Shown: positions 37,341 to 49,685 of the stretch, piece after piece | Layout of the letters: each line of letters starts with the position of its first letter | Position numbering within the stretch: position 1 is the first letter of the stretch | Assembly: GCA_051362555.1 (NCBI GenBank) | Contig: CM120643.1 | Coordinates: 21,766,848 to 21,830,847 of the forward strand | Length of the DNA stretch: 64,000 bases | Reading direction: 5' to 3' | Source of the DNA: Lingula anatina | Lineage: Eukaryota; Animalia; Brachiopoda | Position numbers and translations under genes: made by a program | Notes under the pieces: generated by a model | Told to the model about the DNA's origin: nothing | The model's input: the letters and a program-made list of their open reading frames with translations, nothing else | The model's database searches: none

Positions 37341-38194
37341 GTAATTATCTCATTATAAATCATATTATTTGTTTGTTTTATAGTTGGAACCTGTCTTGCT
37401 GAATCTCGTATTCGAAGGGAACATTTAGTGAAAGATCAGTCAGAGCAGCTGAGGTAGGTGTTTGTATTTATTTTAAAGATATACATTTACCTGCTGTGTC
37501 CAAAGATATTCTAATGATGCATGTACCTTTACAGATTGCTTTCAAGATCACAAGCTTTTAGTTTAGAGAATGTTAACCAGGGATTATTCTCGAGTTCATG
37601 AAGAAGAGAATTCACAAACTGAATAAAGTAGTTTTTGTATAGATGGACAATTTCTTGTATTGTGTTGGCCAATTTTTTTAAAAAAAATTTTTTTAAATCT
37701 GTATCACTATTTATCTTGCTTAATATGAATTGTTTCAGTACCACTTATCTTGATTTTTATCTTAATTTTTTTTTGTATAATATTAGTGATGATGCCTGTC
37801 TCACTGTCTAATTTTTTATATCCCTTGTGTCATTTCATTGTTCACTGTCTTGTTTATTTATTTTTTCATTTGTTTATTTATTCAATTTGATATCCTTGCT
37901 CTTTTTTTTTCCAGTCAGCTTCTGCTTAGCGTAGTCATCCTTTCCATCCTAGCTGCCACCAGCATCATCATCAACATATCTCAGGTTTGCTTTTATGCAG
38001 TATGCAAAAAGACTAAGACTTATAAATACCATAAGCTTAGGCGTATACCCAAAGACTACTACATGGACAGTGAGGATGGGGATGATGAGGAAGAGGAGGA
38101 TGAGGAGGATGAGGAGGAGGAACTGGATGAGAGTGTCACAGAGACTTCTTTTTTAACTGGAGGTTCAAAATTCAATCATAATCCCAAGTCATGA
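31757..38194 (+). CDS. NAGPA: N-acetylglucosamine-1-phosphodiester alpha-N-acetylglucosaminidase (uncovering enzyme) with EGF-like repeats, TM segment and acidic tail
   Basis: In-phase exons 31757-31839, 32412-32827, 33210-33303, 33852-33985, 34559-34667, 35136-35264, 35748-35956, 36367-36543, 36972-37097, 37384-37453, 37915-38194. Signal peptide, then DPLRTFSVVEPGGPGGC, NAGFF..CLGNIISDG, QNAHFGI, SARTALGHD, NAINLDGGGSAT, YPSD, ERKVSTIVC. Confidence 0.95.
34761..34825. repeat. (GT)n microsatellite, intronic
   Basis: Direct reading of the sequence. Confidence 0.9.
37124..37338. repeat. compound (GT)n/(GA)n microsatellite block, intronic
   Basis: Direct reading of the sequence. Confidence 0.9.
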
Positions 38195-41100
38195 AAGCCA
38201 GTTTCAAAGATTCAGATTGAGAGGAGTAAAAAAAAAAAAGTATATATATAAAGAGAGATAGGAGGAGTGTTGGGGGGAGAAAATAAAACACACGGAGGAT
38301 GACAGTCAGGGTAGTATTGTAACTTTTTACAAACCAAGGGGAGGGGGGTTATTACAGTAAAATTTTACTGTTTAGAAAGTTAATCTGATTTTTTTCTTCT
38401 TTTTCAGTTCAGAATCCATTGCAATCTGCTGTTTCATTGAGATTGACTTTTTCTTTTCCATGTAATTGTTATAATTTTAAAAAAGCAAAACAGAGATTTT
38501 TAAATTTAATAAGTTATGTTGAGACGAGCTTTGATATATAATTAATGAGTCCACGTATGACGCAATGCTAATTTGCCAGGTGTACGTTTCTCCTACAAAT
38601 TCAGTATCATTGTACACACCATGTAAATGTAGGTATATGTGGGCAAATGAGAATACAAAACACTGCAAAAATATCATTACAACTTTCATCTCATCATGGT
38701 AATAGTGCATGTCCAAATCATCTAGAAATCCAAGTAAATTTTCAGTTAATATTTGACATAAAAATTCATGTTGTTCGGGAGTTTCACTAAAATATGCTTG
38801 TCAGGCTAATTACTTTGAAGGCACTGTGAAAATTATTTAAATTTCCATATTAAAATTATATTAGTGATCCAATTTCCATTCTTTATAATATTTTCTGATT
38901 ATGATGCTAATTCATTTAAGTGCAATATTTTATGAAATACTGGTACTTGTTGTATGCTGTGGTTGCATCTGGCAGTTTTTAATTGTAAATCATTATTGGA
39001 GTTACAGACTGCTGTCTAATTTTATATTCCAGGAAAGCCAGTTGTGAAATTCATTTTTTTCTGAATCAATTTTTATGGTGCAAGGTCTCAGCACATTACA
39101 CACAAAGAAATTTTTCTTTTTGTTTTACGTATCTTGTCTTAGAATTTTTCTTAACGAGTCATGTTACGTTGTCTTGTGGTATTTTTTATTTTTATGTCAT
39201 GATTAAACGAATTCATACCAGACATGAGCTTTTTCTGTGGAAAAGTGGAATTACGCTTTTTTTAATTCAATTCTGATGGTTTCTGAGATTTGTCAAGGTT
39301 AACACTAAGTGTTGGGCCCCATGTTAAAAAAAATTATTTTGAACCTAGGCTCATGTCTGCCTACCTTCAAACACCTTAACGTAAATCTTGCTTTAAAAAA
39401 GAAACTTACAGCAATATTACTTGTTAATAAAAAGGGGGTGAAATGATGCCACGAAGACAAATTTATGGGCATATTCATTTTTTTCGTAAGGCAATGGCAT
39501 TTTATTAACAAACACTGCCTGAATATTTAACCATCACGTGCATCTAGTTAAACTACTCCACTCTTATTTGTAAGGTCGTTATCTTGAAAATGGCATGAGG
39601 GGCTGATATCATACTTTGAATCATTTTTCCTCTAGTCAACCGGTTTAGTGTAACTAGATGAGATATGATACATTTTGTTAGGAAATAACAAAACATACTT
39701 TGCTTAAACAAAAACCAACAAAAAAACGTAGTTATGCCACGTATACAAATTAAGTTTATACCGTTTAAGTGCGTGTCACGACAAAACGACTACAATATCT
39801 TTATTAGAATCCAATCCATATAAAATTAAAGATATATATATACAGAGATTCACTAATTTCCTCGTGATATTATCAATCATACCATCCATCAAGCCACTAA
39901 CCGATTCATACAGTTATTCATACTCATACACAAAGCATGCTACATGTAATTCGGTAGATAAGATAAACGTGATAACTGTTGGTTTAAACCAGTAGCCATT
40001 TCTCTCTTCTATTAAAGCAGATAAGGTATTTCATTTAATTGGACGATTGCCGATTTCACGTGCGTCAAATCAACGACCGCCACAAAGACCTTATTCCTTT
40101 GGTTCCTTTTTTTTTCACTCGCTTTATCAGAGTTTGATGATAAACATGGCGCATACTGGTTGACATACGTGGGAATTTATTTCTTCGTGTGGGTCATTTT
40201 TTTTTTTTTTTTTTTTTTTTTGTATTTTCAGAGGTCACTATTGTAAAGCATTTTGTATAATCCAAATTATTAACTCTCACTGAATCGATGAGAAATTATC
40301 GGGAACAATCATGTTTCTACATATAAATGTATTATCTTGGCCAAAGCAAATCAGTTTCAACCTTTGACTAAACACATACATGTAGTATGTTAGCGTTAGT
40401 TCAGTTATACTTTACAATAAGTAATAAATGGAAATGATATTCCAGGTTTTGTTTAGAACCATTATGCCGGAAAAATGTCATACATTTTCCCTTAACCTAG
40501 GTCACAGCAAATTACCGCCAACAACATAAGCAAAATATAATGTAACTTTATAAACTGGAGAGTGAGGCTAAAATTTCATGAAATACGAAATAAGTCTTCG
40601 AGACTTAGGTTGAGTCCATTCTTTCTTTTACTTTAGCCAAACTACACGAATAACATGCCTCTACCTTTTCCATTTCTCATTCTTTTTAAATATACTACAC
40701 GCATAATAAATATGACATTCATTCCTAACGTTCAAAAAAACACACTGAAATTGACGCTTCACCATATATGTTAATAGAACTTTGTTCGATTTCATTACAC
40801 GTAACAACACATCATTTGTTCCCTTCACTCACAACACATAGAATCACTCGCATTACATGATAATGCAGGGGACCTTATCTTTAATTCATTTTAATCTGAC
40901 CGTGGTACAGAATTTCTCGGGTACCCCGAGGGTCTACCACTGGTAGTGCCATATAAATCTGTCCGAGTAAATAACTGTGCATCTGCATACTGATAACTTA
41001 ACTGCAAATTGACCGCCGAGTTCCATTCAGTCTTTCGACGTGATAGCTAGTGAAAGCTAACATTATAATTATAATTTCTCTGGCTGTAGCGCACGGAATA

Positions 41101-42368
41101 TTTGCAATGTGCGCTCCACGCCTTTCTCGGGGGCAGAACCTGCAAGGCTTTGCTGTTAACGGTCTATCGCTTTTACTAAGAATAAAGTTTTAATTTCCTT
41201 AACGGTAGTCAAACTTGCAGATTGAAAACAATGTTAATTTCTTAACAAAAATAAAACTATAATTACATTTTTTATTATTAAATGTAAATATTCTATATTT
41301 CCTATTATTTATATCAAATCTGCCAATGAAACTTCAGTGCTTCAGGGATCATTATCATAAAAAACGGAACCAACAAGCCCACTGAGAGTCAGGGTGACGT
41401 AACGCCTCGTTCCCTCACCGTATCAGTATTAATCGATACCTAGGGCATTCAGGTAACTCAAAATATTTGCCTAAAATACCGTTGTGTGGGTCTGCCGCAC
41501 ACATAGATATCTGATAAAACTGTGATTATTGTGATCAATCAGTGCGATTATCATTAGGGGGTTATGATAACGATTTCATTTGATTAGCGCGCAGGCTATA
41601 TGGCAGTCCAGACATAAACTGGCAGAATCAGCATGACCCCCCCTTCCCTAGTTAAAGTGCTCTGGTGGTGCTTAAGTCATTTATTAATATATATTTATGT
41701 CGCTTTGTTAATGTAGTAGCAATCTAGGGATTGCACTTGAAAAATTTTCTTTTCAGACTCTTCAACAATTCTTTCACAATAAGAAAAATACAGAACCAGT
41801 GATATGAGCGACCGCTTTATGATTCTTTCACAAAAGTTCTTTTGAAACTTTTTTCCTCTAAAAAGATCGTGTCACCCTATATGGAGGGATTCTCTACATT
41901 CTCTACCGTACGATTTCTGCAGCAAAAGAACCAAGGGGAATGCAGCGTTTTACTGATAAAATAGGGTGGACCATTAATACGCCACCAGTTTAGAAATTAG
42001 GTCGTAGCACAAAATAATATTTCACCACAGTAACGTTTGATGCTCTAGGCCTACAGTGAGATCGCGCGCACACAGAGGCATGCATATACTGGATAATACA
42101 CCTATCTAATCACTTTCACTGATAGCGCAGACGGAAGAATAGTTCTAGGTTCTCATGTGAACTCCGTCACTTCGTCTAAACTTACCCTGAAATTTGTTGT
42201 CGATATGGGTTTGTCCATGCCAAAATAACAACAACGCGCACCACTCTCAATCATGTACCAAATACAAATAATCACTAGTTCTTCACATGTAGACGTTTCT
42301 ACAGAATATAAGTTTTCCGAGGACAAAAATGCCTACATCTCAGCTAAAAGTGAATCCTGCATCCGGTC

Positions 42369-42399
<31 letters not shown>

Positions 42400-42414
42400 G
42401 CGTACATTACACCG

Positions 42415-44880
42415 CTACATCCTGTGAGGACTTGTCGCTGTGAAATGCATCGGAATAATGTCATCATATATAGCACTTCCACAGGTTGTTGACGCATCGT
42501 TTTTCGTATCCGGTGAGGCAGTAACGAATGCCCCATTTTGATGACCAACGTCCTCTCCCTCTCTTGTGTTAATGGGTAATAACATATCACCCGACGAATC
42601 TGTTGTAAATACTGCTTCTTTCTCCTCGTTTGTCTCTTTGTCTGCTCCACTGATCGTCGATTGCTTAACACGCCAAGCGCACATTGAATAAAAAAGTGTT
42701 TTCGTCGCATGACAGCAACGCTGTGGTGCTGTCTTAATTCGGTAGGAATGTCGCCTGCTCCTTAGCCTTTCCTCAACCTCCTGGAATTTGGATAATATGT
42801 GAACCTTTATAGGAATTGCTTCTCTGCTCTCGTCTTCTAGACGATGAGAAATGTTTCGTTTTAAACGTCCGTTTCTTCTGATGATGAAAAATGCAGCGAC
42901 TGACACGCACGCACACGCTCCTAACAGTACCACTACGATTGCCCACACTGGTATCGTGATTGTTGAGGCTCCCTTTGAACCGTCGGGGTAGGGGTAGATC
43001 TGGCAATCGCTGTAATCCTGCAGGAAAATCTGAGAACCTTTCAGCGGAGCTGGGGAGCTACAGGCATACTCCGCTGGGGACGGCCACAATTCGTCTTTTC
43101 CTTCAGCAGAACTTGAATTCAACCAAAATACAAACGATGCCAAATCGCAGTTGCATTCAAATGGATTATCACGAGCGTCAAAGGTCCTGAGACGGTGCAG
43201 TTTGTCTAAAGCGACTCCGCCAATTGTAGCGATGAGATTATGGGATATGTTCAGGTGTTGCAAACCCTGGATCTTAGAGCTGACAATCGCTTGAGGAAAA
43301 GTCTTTAATTTATTTACACCTAGATTTAATATAGTAAGATTGTCGGTGCCAGTGAAAGCGTGATCATCAAAGTATTCTATCTTATTGTTTTGTAACCGCA
43401 GAGCTTTCAAATGTGCCAGATTTCTGAATGTCGAACTTATTAGTTGCAGTTGATTACCTGCAAGATTAATGGATTTAAGATTTTTAGTCTCCGTAAATAC
43501 GTCATCCGACAGGCTGCGTATCGTGCTTGATTGTAGGTCAAGGACGGTCAAGTTCTCTAGTCCTTGAATCATTTCTTTGGTCAAACTATCCACGTAAACC
43601 TCGGGCAAAATTAGGCTCTTCAGATTATGAAGATCTTTGAAGGATCCATCCTCGATGGACGCAAGAGAGTTATACCCACCGTCTAAAAACTCCAGACTTT
43701 GAAGACCGTGGAATGAATCTTTTGTCAGATATTTCAGATCGTTTTCATTGAGCAGTAACGTTTTCAGTTTACGCAGGTAACGAAGAGCTGACGAAGGAGA
43801 AAGATCATGAATCAGATTGTTAGATAAATCCAAGTATTCCAAAGACCGAAGTCTGCCAAGCGCTGTAGGAATGTCCCTGAGGCGAGCAGCACGAAGATTG
43901 AGCGATTTTAAGGATCGCAAGCCATGGAAAGTTCGGTCATTTATTGACTCTAAGTAGAAACTGAAGGATAAATCCAAGTGCTCTAAAGTTGAAACGCAGG
44001 TGAAAACTCCAGCTCTGAGCGACTTGACAAAGTTATGAGCCACAGATAAATTTTTGATCTGCGTTGATTGCAAGTTGCAGAAAGTCGATGGCGTTAGATA
44101 GGTCAGTTTGTCGTGAAAATTACGAAGAGATAACGACTTGATTTGGGAATCACGGAGACCGTAGAGAGAGAGGGCTATTTCCGATTCTGAGAGAGCGTTC
44201 TGGTCAAGAATAACAGTTTCTAGCGTCTCTATTTCCTTGAATGCGTACGCCTGAATGTAGGAAATCCCATTGTTCGTCAAATTCAGTAAACGTAATCGGG
44301 TTTCTTTCAAACCAATGTGAAATTTTATGTCAATTGTTTTAATTTTGCTTCCTGTTAGAGAAAGATGCTCTAAATTTCTTAAAGTTGTAAATACTCTGAA
44401 ATCCGCCCGGACCATGTGCGGTGAATTGTTCAAATACACCGCTCTCAGTGACGTAAGATTCGTAAACACGTCAGGAAGTGACGTCAAGTTGTTGCCCGAC
44501 AAATCAAGAACTTCCAGGGACTGCAAGCCCCGGAAAGCCGTAGGCGAAATATAGCTTAACCTGTTATTGGCTAAAATGAGGCGCCGTAAATTTGTGTATT
44601 TCTGTGTTGAAAAATCGACAGGTGGGTCGATATCAGTTTTGGCAAATGGCATATCACGTCTACCTAAAGATGTGATTGAATTATCGCTCAAATCTAAGGT
44701 GGAGATGTCGTTCGGCAAATCCCCTGGCGGTGAGGTGAGTCCCCGTCTTTCACAGCGTGCATATTGCCCATCCGCTGTGCTGACAACCTCACAAATTTGG
44801 TTCCCTGAACTCAAGTTGAAAAGCACGGCAGTGACCAGAACAACACAGAGGCTGAGAGAATTCATACTAAATTGCAGCAT
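42415..44880 (-). CDS. Type I membrane LRR protein with a Toll-like ectodomain and no TIR domain, 821 aa, intronless CDS
   Basis: Signal peptide, LRRNT (CEVV..ARCERRGLTSPP), roughly 20 LxxLxLxxN repeats, LRRCT (NPFECNC..YACSSP..DC), TM segment VWAIVVVLLGACACVSVAAFFII, and a cytoplasmic tail of about 155 aa. Confidence 0.93.
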   Translation of the reverse strand: MLQFSMNSLSLCVVLVTAVLFNLSSGNQICEVVSTADGQYARCERRGLTSPPGDLPNDISTLDLSDNSITSLGRRDMPFAKTDIDPPVDFSTQKYTNLRRLILANNRLSYISPTAFRGLQSLEVLDLSGNNLTSLPDVFTNLTSLRAVYLNNSPHMVRADFRVFTTLRNLEHLSLTGSKIKTIDIKFHIGLKETRLRLLNLTNNGISYIQAYAFKEIETLETVILDQNALSESEIALSLYGLRDSQIKSLSLRNFHDKLTYLTPSTFCNLQSTQIKNLSVAHNFVKSLRAGVFTCVSTLEHLDLSFSFYLESINDRTFHGLRSLKSLNLRAARLRDIPTALGRLRSLEYLDLSNNLIHDLSPSSALRYLRKLKTLLLNENDLKYLTKDSFHGLQSLEFLDGGYNSLASIEDGSFKDLHNLKSLILPEVYVDSLTKEMIQGLENLTVLDLQSSTIRSLSDDVFTETKNLKSINLAGNQLQLISSTFRNLAHLKALRLQNNKIEYFDDHAFTGTDNLTILNLGVNKLKTFPQAIVSSKIQGLQHLNISHNLIATIGGVALDKLHRLRTFDARDNPFECNCDLASFVFWLNSSSAEGKDELWPSPAEYACSSPAPLKGSQIFLQDYSDCQIYPYPDGSKGASTITIPVWAIVVVLLGACACVSVAAFFIIRRNGRLKRNISHRLEDESREAIPIKVHILSKFQEVEERLRSRRHSYRIKTAPQRCCHATKTLFYSMCAWRVKQSTISGADKETNEEKEAVFTTDSSGDMLLPINTREGEDVGHQNGAFVTASPDTKNDASTTCGSAIYDDIIPMHFTATSPHRM

Positions 44881-46485
44881 CTTGACGACGGCTTAATACC
44901 ATCCCTGTAATTAACATAAAGCAAAATTATTTAATGCCTTTTTGAGAGCTGAACGTTTTGATATAGATGCCGTAAAACACAAAATGGCCAAAATTACAAA
45001 CGTCCTATTAATATATTTAAATATCACAAGTGATGATAACTACAAATCTAAAACAGAGTTAAAAAGCAGCATGAATATTTAAATATTAAATTTATGTTAA
45101 AATCACAATAAAGAATCCACTGCAACGCCACATTCGGAACAGTAGCAACCTCTTTGAGTTTGACAATGGACTGAAACGTATATGCATACTTGCTGAGACT
45201 AACTGATGGTTAGAGCCACGTCCAAATGAGGTGTTGGTCCATTTACTCAAGGGAACTGTTCCAATAATGACAAAGTGTGAATTATTACATAAATTACTTT
45301 ACTTCTCAGACCATAATAACTCTAAAGTTAACGAATAGAAACTCTCTGACGAACCTGCTCCAGTTTGCGGTCGCTCAAAGAAAACCTCAAAATAAAGATA
45401 TATCCAAGTTTTAGTCGAAAATTGAGCTAAACGACTGTGAAAGAAGCCCATCGCCAAAAATCTCAATGGCAAGAAGACTGCTATTTTGACAACAGGCCAA
45501 TTAAATTTTATTGAATCCCACCTAAAGCTACTTTTGTTTTCATGCCAAATGTTAATTAATTGAATTTTTTGTTTTACCGTAATTACAGAATATTGCGTTG
45601 TTTGTTATCAACCACCCTTACTCACCATCAATCATGCTTAATGCTATGTCAAATGGTCTTCAAGTGGTTAAACACTGGTTGAAAAGTACTTCAGCGTCAA
45701 CTCACGTTGTTCAACATTTGTTCTTTTATACACACGGTCTTATCTTGACAATGTACGTGGGCCTGTATCACCCCAGCTGCAGTATGCGAAGAGAAGGGAT
45801 GTCCAAATTTGATCAAAACTTCACATGTCATGCCCTTCCATGTTAAATTCAGATAAAACAGAACGGCGAGGAGGCAAAGGGGTCAAATGAATCATATGGG
45901 TGCTGGGTAACGATAATTGCCATGTGACATTGCGTTTGCGTTGGGGATCAATTAAAGGTTCGTTTTTTATCTCAAAAATGTGGCTATGTGACCGAGGTGA
46001 TTCAAACAAATATGACAAATATTCTGAATCGTTCGAACTTAAGTTAACAAGATTATTTATCAGTCAGCTTTATACATTTATCTGTCATGTACCTACATCA
46101 CGTGTACGGATCATATTAATGTATTTTATTAGATAATTCTATAATTCCTATTGAGAGGGTACATCAAGTAAAATACCACGTACATATTAACAGCCGTCCT
46201 GTAAACTGAGTATTTCAGATTTTTTATGTTAAATCATCGATATTTGCCGTCAATCGATGTATTTTATAAAACAACACCAAACAATGTTATAAAATTTAGG
46301 CCGCGCGTGACGCGTCTCCCCTATGAGAGCCCAGAGGCAATTTGTGTTTGTCACGTGGTTTGGACCAGAGCCAAACGTTGTAAACACTATTTACACCTCG
46401 ACTGCCTAATGAAACGGAAAAGTAAATGCTAATCGAAATGTCCATCCTGTTATTCATTCTAGAGAGCGGAGAAAATAATTTGTGG

Positions 46486-46556
<71 letters not shown>
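46486..46556. repeat. poly(A) plus (TA)n tract
   Basis: Direct reading of the sequence. Confidence 0.9.
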
Positions 46557-46560
<4 letters not shown>

Positions 46561-47585
46561 AGATGTATATAAATGTGGAAGAAATGAACTGAGCCGCACT
46601 TTGATTCAAGTGAGCAGTTTGCAGGAGTACTATATGTTAAAGCACGTGCTGCAGTTGACTCAGACTGTTCCTTTCATCAAAATTGAGAAAAATCCTTTTC
46701 TGGCTAGGTGGAACTTACATCAACAACAGGGAATAATTGTTTTTGTATGACGGATAGCTTCGTTTAGTCATACCAAACTGCAACAGATATTACTAATTCA
46801 AATACTGGGAATCCGCGTCCAAATCTCTCTAGGTTGCTAACATTTTATGGTTGAAAAGCACATTAATTTAAGGACAGTGCAAATCATGATCTGAAAACAA
46901 TAGGAATCGAGCGTTGAATAACGCCCCCCCCCCCCCCCCCCCCCCAAAGGAGCGCACCCGCAACTAAGCGTATTTCAATCATACTGTACTCAGATGAAAT
47001 TTTCCTGTGATTATCAGGGGCTCTAACATTAGGATCACTACGTCATAACGTCAGAAAATGCGACAGAGGTCACTGTGAGTAATGTTCTATGGAGCAAATC
47101 GTACTGGGGTAGAGGTGGTTATTGCCAAATTTTCGAAAAAAAAAAGACTTCACTCTTCCTTGCACGTACGTATATGTACAAATGCAGGTGTGAATCGGGG
47201 GGTGGAAAGAGGGCCACTCATACCTCATACCCTAGGTTTAACCGAGACACCACTAAACCTGGGGCTTTTAAAAAAGATGGGGGTATATGGCGGTGTGGTG
47301 CTTGTAGTAGACTCAGTAATCGTCTTTCTTCTTTTTTTTTCAATTGTTAAATTAAACAGTGCTTTATCGGGACAAAGCATCGTAAAATGCCAATAGATTA
47401 TTGAACAGCTTTCTATTGCATACTAATATTTACTTAAATCAGACATCTTAAGCCAGAACGTTTTTCCTGGCTCCTGCTATCTCTTGGATATTTTAGAAAA
47501 GAAAAAAATTAAACTGATTGAAGAAATAATGTAAATTTTGTATTGCTTTCCCAACCTTACCTTTCTTTTCGTTTTCGTGTCCTTA

Positions 47586-47808
47586 AGCCCCCTTTACACT
47601 GGACGGCGTCCTTTCTGCGTCCAGCAGTACGGCCCCATTTGAGAGTTAAAAAATTATAATACTTTACGTGCCGACAACTGGCCGATCATTGAACATTCAT
47701 TCTGATACAAAACCAATGCTCCTGCCTCCTTATTAAGACCACAGCGATGCCAAATTTCATGGTCGCAGAAAGGACGCAGAAAGGACGCCGTCCAGTGTAA
47801 AGAGGGTA
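47586..47808. mobile_element. Small MITE (Harbinger-like)
   Basis: Inverted repeats ctttacactggacggcgtcctttctgcgtcc / ggacgcagaaaggacgccgtccagtgtaaag. Exact ends and TSD are uncertain. Confidence 0.7.
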
Positions 47809-48965
47809 TTGTGAGCCGCATGAACCGTCCCCGTGATTGAGTTATTCGAAATAGAGCTCGGGGAATTAAATGAGAGGTTGAAGTCAGCGCCTAAGCCTCT
47901 CGCCGCAGAAGTAAAATGTATTTAGAACTTAGCTAAAATGTCAGTCTTAGTACATTAATGGAAAAAAGCGAAGACGCGTCCAGTGCCGTTTTAAATAAAA
48001 TCGTTTTTGGACTATAACCAAAGTAAGTAGATGGCTTGCTCGCAACTGAACTACGGGGCTTTATTCTCTTCACCAGAGGTCCCTCCTAGCTGCTACAAAA
48101 TTGGACGTTTATTTTTGTAACAGTTAGAGGGGCCTTGGTTAAAGAATAGCTGGGTCAACAGGGGGAGCATGTAAAATTTCTCTATTTTCTCTCTATATAT
48201 ACTGACCACTTTACTTATGGTGTGTGCAATCAAATTGCGCACATTTCCTGTACATACATAGTAAGTCTTTTGACGGTTTTACTTAAAACGGCGATGAACA
48301 CGACCTGGGGCGCATATCTACAAATACCTTAACTGGCTGTGACTTCCTATAATCAAATTAGCGCGTACGATATTGCGTACAGCCTCAAATCTTGGTAAGA
48401 ATAACATGCAATATATTACCAGCAATTACTCCGTGTTGAGACTTCTAGTAAATGATCCGTCAGTACTCATCCAAAAACGCCACACTACGAAGTCGATCCC
48501 AATTAATGAAAAAATATAATCCAATTTCTCTATCACTTCTCGTAGCTACATGTACCACACCAGAGTGTTGAATGTGCAATACTAAAAAAATGGCGTGTTA
48601 TGATTTCCCGCATCATTTCCGGTCCTCGGTGTCAATGTTTTGAGCAAACAGAACTTTATCTCAGTGAAAAGATTCGCAGGTAATAACGCCAGACACCAAT
48701 GTGGTTTTATCAGTGATCAATGATCGCAGGGCGGGTAAAATTGAAAAGGCGACAAAAACGTCACGAATGAGGTGTTTGCTTACTAGTGAGATAAGCGGTT
48801 CACTTAAGGCAAACCCGAGGAATGGGATACTGATAGTAAGTCCTCCCCCCTCCCCATTGCACCACCCCATGAACATTCCAGTAAAAGCTCTTAAAACTAT
48901 ATGTTGTCGACAAAAATAATGTATTGCTCAATATAAAAAGTTTAGGGAAGAAACATACATGTACC

Positions 48966-49039
<74 letters not shown>

Positions 49040-49685
49040 TTGTCTATGTGTACCAACCGAGGACATCAGCACAACACCATACAACCGAGGACATCTTATT
49101 CCTTGGTTAAATCAAAATAAAAACATTCAATTTAGGGTAAAATCTATTCGAGTATGAATGTTATAAATTAATTTTTTATAAAAACTAATTTTTTGCTGAC
49201 AAGAATTTTACATTCTAACCGAGGACACACACGGACACACACACGGACAGACACTACACATTACAACCGAGGACATGCATGCATCTACATGTAATAATGA
49301 TTGTACTTTTAATGCAAAGCAAATTTTATATAGCGTTACTTTGCAGCAATTCACATTTTTATGAAATTCTTTCATATTTAAGGTAAATTCCAAAATAACA
49401 CCAGAGGTGATGATTAAATGAACAGTTATACAATATTTAATGCTGGGCTTTGCCACTTTTTTAGAATTGAAGATTATGAGATAAAACATCAATTAATTTA
49501 GGAAAAGAAAAGATACTGATGAAATAAAATAAAATACCAAAGAAATTCGTTTTCAAACATTTTATTTTCATAATGCTTATTTTCTATTTAGCACTCTTTT
49601 ATTATCATGAATTTTGTATTTTGATAACACAAAATGTCGTCCATTGGATACAGACTTGAACAGTACACAATTTTACAATTGAGGA

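Noticed and set aside
34687-37363. ORFs rich in CV, HT, SL or ER dipeptides (also near 8.9, 49 and 55 kb)
   Set aside because: Translations of dinucleotide microsatellites.
42333-42710. Alternative-frame ORF as a frameshifted TIR domain
   Set aside because: No TIR box motifs; it ends in a TTTA-repeat-derived sequence.
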